Below, piece by piece: positions 54,217 through 64,000 of a DNA stretch of 64,000 nt (its first letter is position 1; each line of letters begins with the position of its first letter). Under the pieces are notes generated by a model. That model made no database searches. It saw nothing but the letters and a program-made list of their open reading frames with translations, and was not told the origin of the DNA. Source of the DNA: an uncultured Verrucomicrobiae bacterium (GTDB lineage Bacteria; Verrucomicrobiota; Verrucomicrobiia; Limisphaerales; Palsa-1400). Location of the stretch: assembly GCA_963707025.1 (NCBI GenBank), contig CAVPOM010000006.1, positions 160,001 through 224,000 of the forward strand. The letters run 5' to 3'. The translations under genes and the position numbers were made by a program.

Positions 54217-56961
54217 TCAAGGGGTTGTCGTCGCGGCCTGGATGGTCACGCTGGCGCCCTGCAATCCCGCCGAACTGGCGTGCAGCACAATCGGACCGGC
54301 CCCTTTGGTGGAACGGATGATGGCCAGGCAAAGCCCGTTGAAGGCCTTGTGGTCGTGCGCCTGGAAGGACTCGAAGCTGGTGGCGTCCCCGTTGTCCGTC
54401 GCCGCAATCTCCCCGGGGCCTTCGATGTCAAAGTGAATCGAGGCATCCGCCCGCGGCGCCATCACGCCCTGGGCGTCTTGCACCGTCACCGTCACAAAGG
54501 AGAGGTCCTGCCCGTCCGCGTGGATCGTGGTCCGGTCCGGCAGGGCCGCCAGCTTGGCCGGATCTCCCGCTGTCTTGACTTCGTCGGTGGCCCACTGCTT
54601 TCCATCCTTGTAGGTGACAACCTTCAAGGTGCCGGGCTGGTAAACCACCTCGTCCCACCGCAGCCGGTATTCGTACCGTCCCTTCGTCTTGCGCCCGAGC
54701 GACTGGCCGTTGAGGAACAATTCCCCCTCGTCGCCCGAGGTATAGACATGCACGGGCGTGACCTGGCCGACGCGGTCCGGCCACGTCCAATGCGGCAGGA
54801 TATGGGCCATGGGAAAATCCGGCCGCCAGTGCGCCTGATAAATATAAAACCGGTCCTTCTTGAAGCCGGCCAAATCTATGATTCCAAAATAGGAACTGCG
54901 CGAATTAAACGGGGTCGGCTCCCCCAGATAATCCCAGCCGGTCCAGACAAACTCCCCGCCCACAAACGGATACCGGTCCTGCGCCGCGAACTCCTTGTCC
55001 GGTGACGTCGCCCACCCCGGAAAATAGAGATCATAGGAACTCATCTGGCGGTTGGGCGCGTCCTCCCCGTGAGTCCCGTTGGCCACCGCGCCAATGCCGG
55101 TTGCCACCGGGAAGGTATAGACACCCCGGCTGCTGATGGTGGATTCGGTTTCGCTGCCATAAACGAAATTGGTCGGGAAGCTCCCGTGGAAAACCGGATA
55201 CTGCGCATTGGTGGACATGCCGCCGCCTGCGCCCTGATAATTCAGGCCCAGCACGTCAATCGCCTTGGGGAATGGGCTGCTGGCGCGCGCGCTGTTCTCC
55301 GCCGAGGTCGTCGGCCGGGTCGGGTCCTCTTCATGCACGATGTCCGTCAGATTCTGCGCCACCGCCGCGCCGGTCGCCCCTTGTCCCTGTTCGCCCACTT
55401 CGTTGCCGATGCTCCACATGATGACGCACGGATGATTGCGGTCGCGCCGCACCTGCGCCCGCATATCCTGCTGGTGCCAGTCCGCGAAGAGCAGGTGGTA
55501 ATCCAGGGCGGTCTTTCCCGACAGCCAGCAGTCAAAGGCCTCGTCCATCACGACCAGTCCCATTTCGTCGGCCAGCTCCAGCAACTCCGGCGCCGGCGGA
55601 TTGTGGCTGGTGCGAATGGCATTGCAGCCCATCTCCACCAGCGTCTGAAGCTGACGCTGCAATGCCCGGCGATTGACCGCCGAACCCAGCGCCCCCAAAT
55701 CATGGTGATCGCACACCCCGTTGAACTTGAGATGCTGGCCGTTGATAAAAAATCCATCGTTCGGAGTAAACTTAAGCGTCCGAATTCCAAACGGAGTCTC
55801 ATAACTATCCAGCACCCGCCCGCCCTGCCGCACTGTTGTGACCGCCACATACCGATTCGGCTTCTGCGCCGGATACGGCCCCCACAAGCTCGGATTCGCC
55901 ACCGTCGTCTTGCCTTCCGTCATCGCGCTGGCGCCCGGCGCGATCTGGATGCTGGCCTCCGGGATTCCAGCCACGGCCGGGCCGGTTTTGTTCCCGTCCG
56001 AATTCAGCGCGAAAATCTCCGTGGCCACGGCGACCCGCGCCTTCTTCTTTGAACTGTTCTCAACCGTGACTTTCAAATTGACCGTGGCCGACGCCGCGGC
56101 GACTTCCGGCGTGGTCAGGTAAGTTCCCCAATGGCCGACATGGACCGCCTCCGTCTTGACCAGCCAGACGTTGCGGTAAATCCCGCCGCCCGGATACCAC
56201 CGCGACGAATTGGGCGGATTATCCAGCCGGATCACCAGTTCGTTGTTCTCTCCCGGCTTGGCATACGGCGTCAAATCCACGCTCCACGACTCGTAGCCGT
56301 AAGGCCAGCCCCCGACGAATTGCCCGTTCAACCACACGGTCGCGTAAGCCATCGCCCCGTCCACCTCCAGCAAGAACGATTTGCCCGCGTCCGATTTCGG
56401 CAGATCCAGCTTCTTCCGATACCACCCAATGCCATAAAACGGCAGCTTCCCCGTCCCGCCGTCGCCATTGGTAATCCAGGGACCTTCGATCCCCCAATCA
56501 TGCGGCAAATTCAAGGCCCGCCACGAACTGTCATCAAACCCGGGCTGGACGTAAGCCACGTCTCCTCCCAAATTTCCCGCCGGCCGGACGTGCCGCTGCG
56601 CCGGCTCTTTGATGAGATCATTCCCCGTGGGCAGAATCCATTGCTTGATGACCTGCGGCGCGGGCGCCGAAGCTTCATTTGTTGGCGCGGCAGCCGCAGC
56701 CCCTCCGCGCCGTCCCCGGCCCCGTCCCGCCGGACGCACATCGTAGAGTAAACTGACCTGGTTTCCGGGCGGATCGCCCTTGGTGAACCGCCAGTCCATG
56801 TCCAGCGAGAGCCGTTCCCGATGGGAAACCGCCCCGACAGCGGGATTGCTGGAGCAGCCATTTTGCAGTGCGAAAACAAGAGCCGCTCCAAGAACCGCTC
56901 CCGGCAGGATGAATTTCACCTTGTGATGACGAATAAATTGAAAAACGGTTTTCGTTGACAT
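54217..56961 (-). CDS. GH2 glycoside hydrolase (beta-galactosidase-like, exported)
   Basis: LPHDW, WYPGGGIYRNV, HHDLGALG, IRTSHNPP, WSIGNE, GSET, WTGWDYLGEP. Confidence 0.93.
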   Translation of the reverse strand: MSTKTVFQFIRHHKVKFILPGAVLGAALVFALQNGCSSNPAVGAVSHRERLSLDMDWRFTKGDPPGNQVSLLYDVRPAGRGRGRRGGAAAAAPTNEASAPAPQVIKQWILPTGNDLIKEPAQRHVRPAGNLGGDVAYVQPGFDDSSWRALNLPHDWGIEGPWITNGDGGTGKLPFYGIGWYRKKLDLPKSDAGKSFLLEVDGAMAYATVWLNGQFVGGWPYGYESWSVDLTPYAKPGENNELVIRLDNPPNSSRWYPGGGIYRNVWLVKTEAVHVGHWGTYLTTPEVAAASATVNLKVTVENSSKKKARVAVATEIFALNSDGNKTGPAVAGIPEASIQIAPGASAMTEGKTTVANPSLWGPYPAQKPNRYVAVTTVRQGGRVLDSYETPFGIRTLKFTPNDGFFINGQHLKFNGVCDHHDLGALGSAVNRRALQRQLQTLVEMGCNAIRTSHNPPAPELLELADEMGLVVMDEAFDCWLSGKTALDYHLLFADWHQQDMRAQVRRDRNHPCVIMWSIGNEVGEQGQGATGAAVAQNLTDIVHEEDPTRPTTSAENSARASSPFPKAIDVLGLNYQGAGGGMSTNAQYPVFHGSFPTNFVYGSETESTISSRGVYTFPVATGIGAVANGTHGEDAPNRQMSSYDLYFPGWATSPDKEFAAQDRYPFVGGEFVWTGWDYLGEPTPFNSRSSYFGIIDLAGFKKDRFYIYQAHWRPDFPMAHILPHWTWPDRVGQVTPVHVYTSGDEGELFLNGQSLGRKTKGRYEYRLRWDEVVYQPGTLKVVTYKDGKQWATDEVKTAGDPAKLAALPDRTTIHADGQDLSFVTVTVQDAQGVMAPRADASIHFDIEGPGEIAATDNGDATSFESFQAHDHKAFNGLCLAIIRSTKGAGPIVLHASSAGLQGASVTIQAATTTP

Positions 56962-57046
56962 GCCCGCATTATACAAACGGGCTTTCTCCGCGCCAGAACT
57001 TTCGGCGCGAATCCACGAGGGCGAAGGGACGGCACAAGATGGAGTG

Positions 57047-57163
57047 GGGCGCAGCTCGATGCCACCACCATGCCAGTTGCCAATTCCCTCTCCCCACCAA
57101 GTGGGGAGAGGGTAGGGTGAGGGGGTTCCATCCATCCAACGGTGGTTATATCAAGATGCGCCC
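57047..57163. mobile_element. 117-bp MITE with 23-bp imperfect TIRs, 8-bp direct flanks and an internal REP hairpin
   Basis: GGGCGCAGCTCGATGCCACCACC / GGTGGTTATATCAAGATGCGCCC (18/23); ATGGAGTG at 57039-46 and 57164-71; CCCTCTCCCCAC..GTGGGGAGAGGG inside. Confidence 0.8.
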
Positions 57164-57268
57164 ATGGAGTGATGGCGCGGTCGCCGCGGCTTGACCCCTC
57201 TGCGGGCGCTTTCGTACTATTTGCGTTCCCCGTTGATTACCTGATCCGAAGCAGACCTTGTTTTTAGA

Positions 57269-57555
57269 TCAATAATACATCGAAAATGCATGAATCCATT
57301 GTTGGATATTCAAGAAGTATGGCTTGTAACCTTGGACCCACGCAAACGTCTTCCCGCCCACCTTTAGATCCACACGGCTCGATCCGTGAACGTTTAATAA
57401 CGCCCCTAACGTAGGAACGACCTTTGCTTTGACGTGCTGCGAACCGATTACAACGTCGCTAAGAGTACAAAAAACAAAATCTTGACCGCGATGAGACCGC
57501 ACACGGCGAGAATGGCATAGATGTGAATTAATCGCCTGTTTCTCTTGTACCACAT
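57269..57555 (-). pseudogene. Low-GC remnant of a membrane-anchored protein
   Basis: MWYKRNRRLIHIYAILAVCGLIAVKILF, then a probable frameshift in an A/T run into ...SDVVIGSQHVKAKVVP... Confidence 0.4.
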
Positions 57556-57557
57556 AA

Positions 57558-59052
57558 TTATTTCCCGCCGCCTGGACGCGTCGTGAACAGGCCGACGATG
57601 GAACAATTGAACGACGTATAGGCCTTGTAGGTCCCGCGAAACCAGAGCACGCATTCCTCCCCGCCATACCGGCGCGGCACGTAGGGGCGCAAATTGTCCT
57701 GTGCCGAGTCGGTCGTGATCTGCCGCCAGGAAAAATTCAGCCCGCCGTCGCCGGTGACCCCGCGCCAGATTTCATAACGCTGCCCGGCGCGCAGCGGAAT
57801 GTTCGTCGTGTCGGCCAGCTTGAACGGCTCGCCCGCGTTGCTCGATATATAGACCGTGCGCGGGTCCTGCGGGTCCAGGCAGATGCCCCCGGCGTAGTCG
57901 TCCTCCGCCGGATAGAGCGGTCGGCCCGCGTGGGCGATGAAGCGCTTCTGCCAATTCGTCCCGGTCCAGCGCGCGTAGTAATAATAGATGCGGTCGTCCG
58001 CCCCTTTTTCCGGCCCGGCCACCCGATGCCGCTGCACGCTGAACACACAGACCGGCCCGCCGCCGCCCTGCGCGCCGATTTCCCAGCACCAAGCGCGCCC
58101 GGTGGGAATCCACTGGTTGGGATCAGCCTGCGCCGCGTCGCTGAATTGATAAATGACCGACCCCCGCTCGCCGGCGTCATGCAGAATGGGCAGACTGGCG
58201 AAGCTCCGCACCAGTTCCCCGCCGGTTTTGTAAAAAGCCCCGTCCTGGTAGTAAAGGTGATAGAGCGAATTGGCCACATCGCGCGGATGCCCGTCGGTGT
58301 AAAGAAAATCAATCCGCCGGACCCCGTTCTGAACTATACTTGACGTAGGGCCGGATGGTTCCGCCCCGCCCAGTTTCGATGAACAGTCGCGGCGCCGACC
58401 AGGCGGCCCCGCCGTTGCTCGAGGTGAACACGGTGGGATTGTAATTCAGATTGCGCGCGAAATTGTAGATGCGGCCGCCCTCCGCCGAAAGCTGGAACGG
58501 GTTGGCGTAGGTCAGGCCCGCGCCGGTGCCGGGGATCGTCTGCTCCCCGCCCCAGTCGGCGGCGGTGACGGGATTGGTGGTCAGCGAACGCCGGAAGGCG
58601 AAGAACCGGTCGGCGCCGTGGCGGGCGTAAATGGCGAGCAGGGTTCCGTCCTGTTCCGGCAGGAGGGCGGGCACGTCGTGGTCGTCGCGTTGCGTCCAGG
58701 TGCTCGCCCACAAATTCGTCGTCAGCCCCGTCCGTGGATCGAACACATTCAACCCCGATTTCCCATCCGCAAAGCGCACCGAGCCAAAGTAAAGCAATCC
58801 GTTATGGAACACGGCCCGCGGGTCATTATACCAGGTCCAAGCCCCGTCCTGCGCCAGCACGGCGAAGTTGGTCTGCGCCGCCGCGCCCATCGCGAGCAAA
58901 CACGCAGCCGCCCAGAGGGCGCCAGCCAGTAATCGCCGAGGTCCGAACGCGAATCGAAGGCGACTGAATAACTCAAGTGGCAGAAACAAACGCGCCTCCG
59001 CGCACGCGCTGATCCACGCCAGCCGCAAGGTCAGGCGGTAATGTGATTTCAA
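57558..59052 (-). CDS. BNR-4 repeat (beta-propeller) secreted protein, frameshift at ~58325; start uncertain
   Basis: GAWTWYNDPRA, DDHDVP, TYANP, RPYVKY, (next frame) FLYTDGHP, YAGG, NLRP. Confidence 0.8.
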
Positions 59053-59307
59053 TACCCGGCAAACTATACCCTTTTCAATCAATCTGGCAACGGGACTTTG
59101 CTGCTCAGGCGGCAGGGATGTGTGAGATAAAGGACAACTCAAATCGGGCGATGGGGCGCGTCGCACGGCCAAAGTGGAATCGGTGTTGCGTAGTCCACGA
59201 CGCTTCGCTCTCCCCGCACGCCAGCGAGCTGCCGACAGGTCCCGGCCGGCGATGAGATTTTTGGACGGGGGGCTTGAAAAAAGGAGGCAAACGAGGAAAT
59301 TGAAGGC

Positions 59308-61551
59308 ATGCGACTGGTTATTGTGTCGAATCGGCTGCCGTTCACGGTTTCATTTAATGAAGGCGCGCCGCAGTTCAAGCCCAGCAACGGCGGTTTGACC
59401 ACCGGGATGTGGAGCTATCTGGACCGCAAGGCGGGGGAGGGGGCGGAGCGGCTGGAGTACTTATGGATGGGCTGGCCGGGGGCGAGCGTGCCGCCGGAAC
59501 ACGAGGCGGCGGTGCGGACTTATGGTGAAGAGCATTACAAGTCCAGCCCGGTTTTTTTGCCGGAAGAGAGCATGGACCGGTTTTACCTGGGTTTTTGCAA
59601 CAAGACCATCTGGCCGCTGTTCCATTATTTTCCGACGCTGACCCACTACGAGGAGGCGTACTGGCAGGAGTACCAGCACGTGAACGGGGTTTTCGGCGAG
59701 GCGGTGGTCAAGGCGCTGCAAGCGGACGACCTGCTCTGGATCCACGATTATCACCTGATGCTGCTGCCCAAACTGGTGCGGGAAAGGTTTCCGGAAATGC
59801 CGATCGGTTTCTTCCTGCACATCCCGTTTCCGTCCTGGGAGGTCTTTCGCATGCTGCCGCGGACCTGGCGGGAGGAAATCATCGAGGGGCTGCTCGGCGC
59901 CAGCGTGATTGGTTTTCACACTTACGATTATGCGCGGTATTTTCTGAACTCGGTGCTGCGCACGGCCGGATATGAACACCATCTGGGCAGCCTGGCCTTG
60001 CGCGAGCGGGTGGTAAAGGTGGACACCTATCCGATGGGGGTGGAGTTCGACCAGATCGCGCGGGCGGCGGCCTCGAAGGAAACCGGGTTGAGGGTGGCGG
60101 AATTGCGGGAGAAGTGTGTCGGGCAAAAAGTGATTTTTTCGGTGGACCGGCTGGATTACACCAAGGGGCTGATCAACCGGCTGCGGGGCTATGAATTGTT
60201 TCTGCGGAACAACCCGCAGTGGCACGGCAAGGTGGTGTTCATCATTTCAGTGGCGCCTTCGCGGATCGGGGTGGACAGTTACCAGGCGATGAAGCAGGAA
60301 CTGGAGCAGACGGTGGGCCGCATCGTGGGCGATTTCGGCAATGTGCACTGGACGCCCTTGATTTATCAGTTTCGCAATCTGACTTTTGATGAAATCGTGC
60401 CGCTTTACCACCTGTGCGACGTGGCGTTGATCACCCCCTTGCGCGACGGCATGAACCTGGTGGCCAAGGAATTCATGGCGTCGCGCCCGGACCAGACGGG
60501 GGTTTTAATTTTGAGCGAGATGGCCGGGGCGGCCAAAGAACTGGGGGAGGCGCTGATCATCAATCCATTTCATCGGGAAGATTTTGTCAAGGCGCTGGAA
60601 CAGGGGCTGACGATGCCGGTGGAAGAACAGATCCGCCGCAACAAACTGATGCAGGAACGCCTGCGGCGCTACGATGTGGTGCGCTGGGCGGATGATTTCG
60701 TGCAGGCCTTGTTGTCCACCCAGAAAACCGAGGCGGCGCGGCGGGCGCGGGTGCTGGCGGGAAAGGCGCTGGGTGAGTTGATGCAACATTACCGCACCAC
60801 GGCGCGACGGGCCTTGCTGCTGGATTATGACGGCACGCTGGTGCCCTTTGCCGCCGTGCCGGGCCTGGCGCAGCCGGACGCGGAGCTGCGAGAGTTGCTC
60901 GACCGGCTGGCGGCAGATTCGAGCAACGAAGTGTGCATTGTCAGCGGGCGCCCGCGGCAAACGCTGGAGGAATGGTTTGGGAAGCTGCCCATTTCACTCA
61001 TCGCTGAACATGGCGTGTGGTTGCGCAGGAGAAACTCCGACTGGCGGATGTTGAAAACGGTGACCAACGAGTGGAAGGAGCGCGTTCGTCCGATCCTGCA
61101 GCTTTTCGTGGACCGCCTGCCAGGGGCGTTGCTGGAGGAAAAGGAATACTCGCTGGCTTGGCATTACCGGGGCGCCGACCCGGACCAGGCATCGCTGCGC
61201 GCCAAGGAACTGCTGGACGACCTGGCGGGTTTTACCCGGAACATCGAGGTGCAGGTGTTCGAAGGCAACAAGGTGCTCGAAGTGCGCAACTCCGGCATCA
61301 GCAAAGGCGCGGCGGCCATGGAATGGCTGGCGGCGCAGAGGCCGGATTTCATTCTTGGCATCGGGGACGACTGGACGGACGAGGACTTGTTCCGCGCGCT
61401 GCCGCCCGCCGCTTTTTCGGTGCGCGTGGGCGTGGCCAGCACCGCGGCGCGTTTTTATCTTGTCAGTCATACGGCGGTGCGGCGGGTGCTGCGGGATTTG
61501 AGCGAAGATCCGCGCGAGAAAACCAACGAGCAGGCCCGGCCGGGTGATTTC
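59308..61551 (+). CDS. otsA: Trehalose-6-phosphate synthase/phosphatase (OtsA-OtsB) portion
   Basis: [39 protein letters not shown] motifs LDYDGTL and IGDDWTDED. Confidence 0.95.
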
Positions 61552-64000
61552 ATGTCCACTCCCAAACACAGCGGCCACAAGCCCGGCCTGGAACCGTTCT
61601 GGTACAAGAGCGGGGTCATTTACGAGGTGCATGTCCGCGCCTTTTACGATGCGGACGGCGACGGCTCGGGGGATTTTCGGGGGCTGACGGAAAAGCTGGA
61701 TTATATCCAGGATCTGGGGGTGACGGCCATCTGGCTGCTGCCGTTTTATCCTTCCCCGCTGAAGGACGACGGCTACGACATTGCTGATTACTGCGGGGTG
61801 CATCCCATTTATGGCACGCTGGGCGATTTCAAGATGTTTCTGGGCGAGGCGCACCGGCGCGGGCTGCGCGTCATTACGGAGCTGGTGCTCAACCACACCT
61901 CGGACCAGCATCCCTGGTTCCAGCGGGCCCGCCGGGCCAAGCGCGGCAGCCGCTGGCGGAATTTTTATGTGTGGAGCGATGACCCGCATAAGTACAAGGA
62001 TGCGCCGGTCCTTTTTCATGGAGCCGAAGCATCCAACTGGACGCTGGACCCGGTGGCGGAAGCGTACTTCTGGCACCGTTTCTTTTCGCACCAGCCGGAT
62101 CTGAATTTTGACAATCCTGAAGTCCACCAAGCCATTTTCAAAGTGGTTGATTTCTGGCTGGATCTGGGGGTGGACGGCATGCGGCTGGACGCGGTGCCCT
62201 ATCTTTATGAACGGGACGGAACGACCTGCGAAAACCTGCCGGAGACCCATGCCTTCCTGAAATCGTTGCGCGCGCATGTGGACCGGGAATATGGCGACCG
62301 GATGCTGCTGGCGGAGGCCAACCTGTGGCCGGAGGACGCCGTGTCTTATTTTGGCGGGGGCCGGGGGGATGAATGCCAGATGGCATTTCATTTTCCACTC
62401 ATGCCCAGGTTGTTCATGGCCTTGCACATGGAGGATCGTCTGCCGGTGGTGGAAATCCTGGAACAGACTCCGGCCATCCCGGCAACCAGCCAGTGGGCCT
62501 TGTTCCTGCGCAACCATGACGAGCTGACGCTGGCGACCGTGACGGAGGAGGAGCGCGACTATATGTATCGCACCTACGCGAAGCTGGATCAGGCGCGGCT
62601 TTATCTGGGCATCCGCCGCCGGCTGGCGCCGTTGTTGGGCAATGACCGCAAGCGCATCGAGCTGCTCAATGCCCTGCTCTTCTCCCTGCCCGGCACCCCG
62701 GTGCTTTACTATGGGGACGAAATCGGGCTGGGCGACAACATCTATCTGGGCGACCGCAACGGGGTGCGCACGCCGATGCAGTGGAGTTCGGACAAGAACG
62801 CCGGTTTCTCCCGCGCCAATCCGCAGAGGCTTTATTTGCCTGTCATCCTCGACCAGGCCTATCACTACGAGGCTTGCAACGTCGAGGCGCAACTGGACAA
62901 TCCCCACTCGCTGCTCTGGTGGATGCGCCGGCTGCTGACGCTGCGCAAACGCTGGCGCGCGCTTGGGGAGGGCCAGTGTGAATTTCTGCAACCGGAGAAC
63001 CACAAGATTTTGAGCTACCTCCTGCGCTACGAACAGGAAACCATCCTGGTCGTGGCCAACCTCTCGCGCTTTGCGCAGCCGGTGGAACTGGATCTGTCGG
63101 CCTTCCAACAAATGGCCCCCATCGAGCTGTTTGGCCGCATGAAATTTCCGGCCATCACGGACGCGCCCTATTTGCTGACGCTCGGCCCGCACAACTTCTA
63201 CTGGTTTTCCATCGAGGCAAAACCCCAGCCGTTGGAGGCCGGGCCGGGCCGGCCAGGCTGCCCTCGCTCTCCGTCGTCGCGGACTGGCAGGAGATTTTTA
63301 CAGGATCATCGCCGACCAAGTTCGAGGCCTTGCTGCCGGGCTACCTCAAGGCGCAGCCGTGGTTTTTGGGCAAGCTCAAGACCATCCGGCTCGCCACCGT
63401 CAAGGAAGTCTTCAGTGTGCCGTTGCCGGATCAACAGACGGCCGCGCTGGTGTTTCTCCAGGTCGAGTATGTGGAGGCCGACCCGGAATGGTATGCGCTG
63501 CCGCTGACCGTGGCGAGCGGCGGCCAGGCGGAGCGATTGCGCGAAAGCGGCCTGGCCGAAATAGGCCTGGCGGACGGCAGCCCTCACGGCCTGCTGGGCG
63601 AGGCCTTCGCCCTGCCGGCTTTTGCCAGGGCGTTGCTCGAATTGCTGCGCAATCGCGGCCGGCTGCGCCTTCCGCGTGGTGAAATCGAGGCGACGCGCAC
63701 GGCGGCCTTGCGGCAGATCTTGAATGACGAGGCGCTGCCCGATCCCGTCATCCACAACACCGCGGAAGGCAACGCCGCGGTTATTTTTGGCGGGAAGCTG
63801 GCGCTCAAATTCTTCCGGCGGGTTGTGGCGGACATCAATCCCGAGCTGGAAATTGGACGCCATCTCACCGGGCAGGGTTTTCCCAACTGCCCGCCGACGC
63901 TGGGCGCGCTGGAATATCGCAGCCAGGATTATCCGCCAATGACCCTGGCCGTGGCCAGGGCCTTCGTCCCGCAGGCCAAGAACGGCTGGGAATTCACGCT
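61552..64000 (+). CDS. treS: Trehalose synthase TreS plus maltokinase-like domain (frameshift ~63245; runs off the window); in frame with OtsAB
   Basis: WYKSGVIYEVHVRAF, DDGYD, RLDAVPY, AEAN, FLRNHDEL; after the shift LPGYLKAQPWFLGK and LKFFRR...NPELEIG. Confidence 0.92.

Noticed and set aside
56962..57135. N-terminal extension of the GH2
   Set aside because: Derived from the MITE/REP sequence; a plausible signal peptide begins at 56961

Overview
GC-rich bacterial chromosomal window, probably Verrucomicrobiota (Pedosphaera/Limisphaerales-like); this is inferred from protein style, the C-terminal 'YQLQFS..L..W...FYRV' domain and repeat families, not from a marker gene. The backbone carries katG, dnaE, ribD/ribE, an FKBP PPIase, rhaA, rfbF plus an epimerase, gyrB/gyrA, a pentose/polyol cluster (Zn dehydrogenase, araB, araD, galM, SSS transporter), a MerR regulator, a polar amino-acid ABC transporter, a GH2, a BNR-4 protein and an apparent OtsA-OtsB-TreS-Mak trehalose ORF. 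Interleaved with it are about nine toxin-antitoxin-type modules (three with a disabled toxin), two IS3 and two IS4 copies that fragment a KAP P-loop NTPase gene behind gyrA, and many small non-autonomous elements (TIR MITEs with 8-bp direct flanks, REP-like hairpins, 6-9-bp and 49-bp tandem repeats). The most unusual signals are: (i) one ~110-bp MITE family sitting at the truncation point of two unrelated toxin genes; (ii) a TA module flanked by a synonymous-diverged copy of its neighbour's 3' end; (iii) P-loop accessory genes built into the gyrBA operon; (iv) a helically phased GTTACA array; (v) a possible four-enzyme trehalose fusion. Several single-base frameshifts in conserved genes look like long-read indel errors, so pseudogene and fusion calls need read-level checks. 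No rRNA, tRNA or CRISPR array was seen. Family assignments come from motif recognition, not database searches.
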